Below, piece after piece: positions 61,120-64,000 of a stretch of 64,000 nucleotides of DNA. The DNA comes from an uncultured Chloroflexia bacterium (GTDB taxonomy: Bacteria > Chloroflexota > Anaerolineae > CG2-30-64-16). Under the pieces are notes generated by a model. The model searched no databases and was not told the origin of the DNA. It saw only the letters and a program-made list of their open reading frames with translations. Position 1 is the first letter of the stretch; every line of letters starts with the position of its first letter. A program made the position numbers and the translations under genes. The stretch covers positions 32,001-96,000 of the forward strand of contig CAWEMM010000013.1 of the NCBI GenBank assembly GCA_963810095.1. The letters are read 5' to 3'.

Positions 61120-62394
61120 AGATCCTGTTCATCCTAACTTACTACCGGCCCCATGTCAGCGGGCTGACGATCTACGTGGAGCGGCTGGCTCGTGCGCTTG
61201 CCGCCCGCGGGCACGAGGTCACCGTGCTCACTTCCCGTTACAACCACAGTCTGCCCGCGGATGAAGATCATGGACGGCGTGCGGGTGGTGCGGGTGCCGG
61301 TGTGGCTTCGCTTCAACAAGGGCGTCATCATGCCCGGCTTTGCCGCGGCCGCGCTGAGGGAAATCGGCCGGGCAGACGTGGTGAGCATCCACCTGCCGCA
61401 GGTCGAGGCGGCGCTCTCCGTGTTGCTGACCCGGCTGAAGGGGCGCAAGCCGCTGATCACCTACCACTGCGACCTCGAGATGCCCCCGGTCTGGTACGGC
61501 AAGTTCGTCGACCGGATCACATACTGGAACAACGTCGTCGCGGGTAAGCTGGCCGACACGATCGTCGCCTATACGGCCGACTTTGCCCGGCACAGCCCGT
61601 TTCTGTCCCGCTTTGCCGGGCCGGAGATCGGGTCGCCCGGCAAGCCGGCCTCGCGGAACGAGCCCCAGACCGCCAGGGAGCAGGCGCGAGCGCGGGGCAA
61701 GGGGAGCACATCGGGTAAGGTGCGCGTGATCCTGCCGCCCGTCGTCATTCCGGACCCGACGCCTGAAGGCATGGCGGCGCTGCGCCGGCGCATCGGCCTG
61801 GAGGACGGCGACAAGGTGATCGGGTTCGCGGCCCGGTTTGCCTACGAGAAGGGCGCCGGCTACCTGATCAATGCGATTCCGCAGATCCTCAAGGAAATGC
61901 CGTGCCTGAAGGTCGTCTTTGCCGGCCCGTACGGCAAGGACGTGATCGGCGAAACGATCTGGGACGACCTGCAGCCGCTTATCAAGCAGTACACGCCGTA
62001 CCTCACGTTCCTGGGCACGCTGAACCCCGAGCAGATGGCGAACTTCTTTGCGCTGTGCGACGTGGTAACGGTGGCGTCGATCAATAACACCGAGTCGTTC
62101 GGGCTGGTGCAGGTGGAGTCGTTCATGTGCGGCACGCCTGTCGTTGCGACGAACCTGCCGGGCGTCCGCCAGCCGGTGACGATGACCGGCATGGGCGAGA
62201 TCGTGCCCATCGCCGACGCGCACGGCCTGGCCGGCGGGTTGGTGAAGGTGCTCCGTGACCCCCAGCGGTATGTGAAGCCCCGCGAGGAAATCATGAGCAT
62301 CTTCGAGTTGAAGCACACGGTCGACCAGTACGAAGCGCTGTTCAGGGAGAAGCGGGTGCGGCGAGCGACCGTGCGGGGAGCGACCGTGCGGTGA
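61116..62394 (+). CDS. Glycosyltransferase family 4; frameshift near 61265
   Basis: 'KILFILTYYRPHVSGLTIYV', 'RFAYEKG', 'ESFGLVQVESF.CGTPVV'. Confidence 0.88.
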
Positions 62395-63191
62395 GCGAGA
62401 CAATGAAGTATCCCCCCGAGGTGCTCGAAGCACACCTGGCGCGCGTGCCCGTGCACCGCGCGCTGATCCGGGCGCTGGAGCACCGGCTGTTTGCCGAGCA
62501 GGAGATTGTGCGGCCGGTGTTGGACATCGGCTGTGGCGACGGGCACTACGCGGCCGCGGCCTTCCCCGACGGCCTGGACGCGGGGATCGACATCACCCGC
62601 GAGATCGTGGCCGAGGCTGCCCAGCACGGGCCGTACCGCAGCCTGGCCGTGGCCGATGGGACGAAGCTCCCGTACGGCGACGCGACGTTCAAGACGGTGG
62701 TCAGCAACTGCGTGATCGAGCACATCCCCGACATCGAGGGGCTGGTGGCCGAAGTGAGCCGGGTCCTTGCCCCGAAGGGGCGTTTCATCTTCTCCGTGCC
62801 GGGCGAGCGCTTCACCGAGTCGCTGTTCACCGTCCGCACGCTGAACTCGCTGGGGCTGCGGGGCCTGGCACGGCGTTACGGTAAGTGGTGGAACGGCAAT
62901 GCCTTCCATTGCACGCTGGAGTCGCCCCAGCAGTGGCAGGCCCGGCTGGAGCGGCACGGGCTGAAGTTGGACGACTACGAGTACTACATGTCCCTCGACG
63001 CCGCTCGTGTCTTCGAACTCTCGCATTACTACGCGGTCCCGTCGATCGCCTGGCACAAGGTGACGGGCAAGTGGTCGCTGCGGCCGGGCAGCGTGCGCAA
63101 TACGCCCGCGTACCGGTGGCTGCTGCCCTACGCGTCCGAGCCGGTGCCGGCCATGGGCGCGTGCATTTTCCTCGCGGCTTCGAAGGGCTGA
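62391..63191 (+). CDS. Class I SAM-dependent methyltransferase
   Basis: 'VLDIGCGDG', 'SNCVIEHIPD'. Confidence 0.87.
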   Translation: MSETMKYPPEVLEAHLARVPVHRALIRALEHRLFAEQEIVRPVLDIGCGDGHYAAAAFPDGLDAGIDITREIVAEAAQHGPYRSLAVADGTKLPYGDATFKTVVSNCVIEHIPDIEGLVAEVSRVLAPKGRFIFSVPGERFTESLFTVRTLNSLGLRGLARRYGKWWNGNAFHCTLESPQQWQARLERHGLKLDDYEYYMSLDAARVFELSHYYAVPSIAWHKVTGKWSLRPGSVRNTPAYRWLLPYASEPVPAMGACIFLAASKG

Positions 63192-63198
63192 CCACTCC

Positions 63199-63984
63199 TT
63201 GTATACCATCCGGCGCATCCTCTACTACCTGCGTTCGATCTTCACGCTGCTCTTCGGCGTTCGTAACCCCGGGGCGTTGCTTGCGCTGGCGCGCGGCCGC
63301 GGTCCGGCCGTCCTGCACCTGCGCGACGGCTCGCACTACCACGTCAGGACGCTCATGGATGCGTGGATCGTGAAGGAGACCGTGCTCGACCGCGATTACG
63401 AGCGGCACGGCGCGGCGCTGCACGATGGGTGGACCATCGTCGACATTGGCGCAGCGTCGGGCGACTTCACGGTGTTTGCCGCTCGGCGGGCGCCAAAGGG
63501 CCGCGTTATCGCGTTTGAGCCTGCGCCCGACTCGGTCGAGAGCCTGCGGCGAAACGTGGCCGCCAACGGACTGCAGAACGTCGAGGTGCGCCCGGTGGCG
63601 GTGGGCGCCCAGGCGGGGGACATCACGCTGGACGTGTCGGGCGGGGTGGCGGTGCAATACCGGACGGCCGGGCGTGCGCCGGAGGTCGGCGCCGGCAGGT
63701 TCGCGGTGCAGTGCGTTCCGCTGGCCGAGGTGCTGCGCGAACTGCCGGCGGTCGATTTCCTCAAGATCGACGTGGAAGGCGCGGAGTACGAGATGCTGTT
63801 CAGCCTCGACGAGGCGAGCCTCGGCCGGGTGCGCCGGGTGTGCATGGAGTACCACGAGGGCGTGACCGAGTGGGCTCACGCGGACCTCGAACGCTTCTTC
63901 CGCAGCAAGGGATGGGCCGTGCGGGTCAGCCCCAGCCCCGTGCGCCCTGAGTTAGGTTTTCTTTATGCTCAAGCCCCGGCATGA
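63199..63984 (+). CDS. FkbM-family methyltransferase
   Basis: 'VDIGAASG', 'AFEP', 'FLKIDVEGAE'. Confidence 0.9.
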   Translation: MYTIRRILYYLRSIFTLLFGVRNPGALLALARGRGPAVLHLRDGSHYHVRTLMDAWIVKETVLDRDYERHGAALHDGWTIVDIGAASGDFTVFAARRAPKGRVIAFEPAPDSVESLRRNVAANGLQNVEVRPVAVGAQAGDITLDVSGGVAVQYRTAGRAPEVGAGRFAVQCVPLAEVLRELPAVDFLKIDVEGAEYEMLFSLDEASLGRVRRVCMEYHEGVTEWAHADLERFFRSKGWAVRVSPSPVRPELGFLYAQAPA

Positions 63985-64000
63985 TGACTAAACTGTAAGC

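Noticed and set aside
60099-61547. Apparent epimerase-glycosyltransferase fusion ORF (482 aa)
   Set aside because: Frameshift artefact: the epimerase's natural end and TGA (61117-61119) overlap the GT4 GTG start (61116) in a standard GTGA junction.

Overview
GC-rich bacterial chromosomal window, probably Chloroflexota (inferred from the C-terminal 'LFLPVIRH'-type secreted-protein tail and the ACIII-caa3 operon layout). Many genes carry single-base frameshifts, most likely long-read consensus errors. Contents in order: (1) a complete alternative complex III (actA-G) + SCO + caa3 cytochrome c oxidase operon on the minus strand (2.1-15.5 kb); (2) a TIGR03960/TIGR03936-type radical SAM pair; (3) a ~13 kb general-stress island (YciF ferritin-like, repeat-rich stress protein with a paralog at 0.6 kb, RecQ, topoisomerase IB, three SRPBCC proteins, DUF2231-Rieske, SDR, Zn-ADH); (4) a fragmented ~1050-codon P-loop NTPase-Ser/Thr kinase-FHA fusion; (5) metabolic and secreted-enzyme genes; (6) a tRNA-Sec gene with a duplicated 3' end; (7) an S8 protease, oppBC, amrS, phhB, a G5/3D protein and the start of a surface-glycan locus. 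Most unusual signals: the NTPase-kinase-FHA gene, several families of 9-nt-periodic intergenic palindromes (two copies supply the stop codon of the upstream gene), the tRNA-Sec att-like scar, and a mirror-symmetric repeat element at 58.4-58.9 kb. Family assignments come from motif recognition only; no searches were run.
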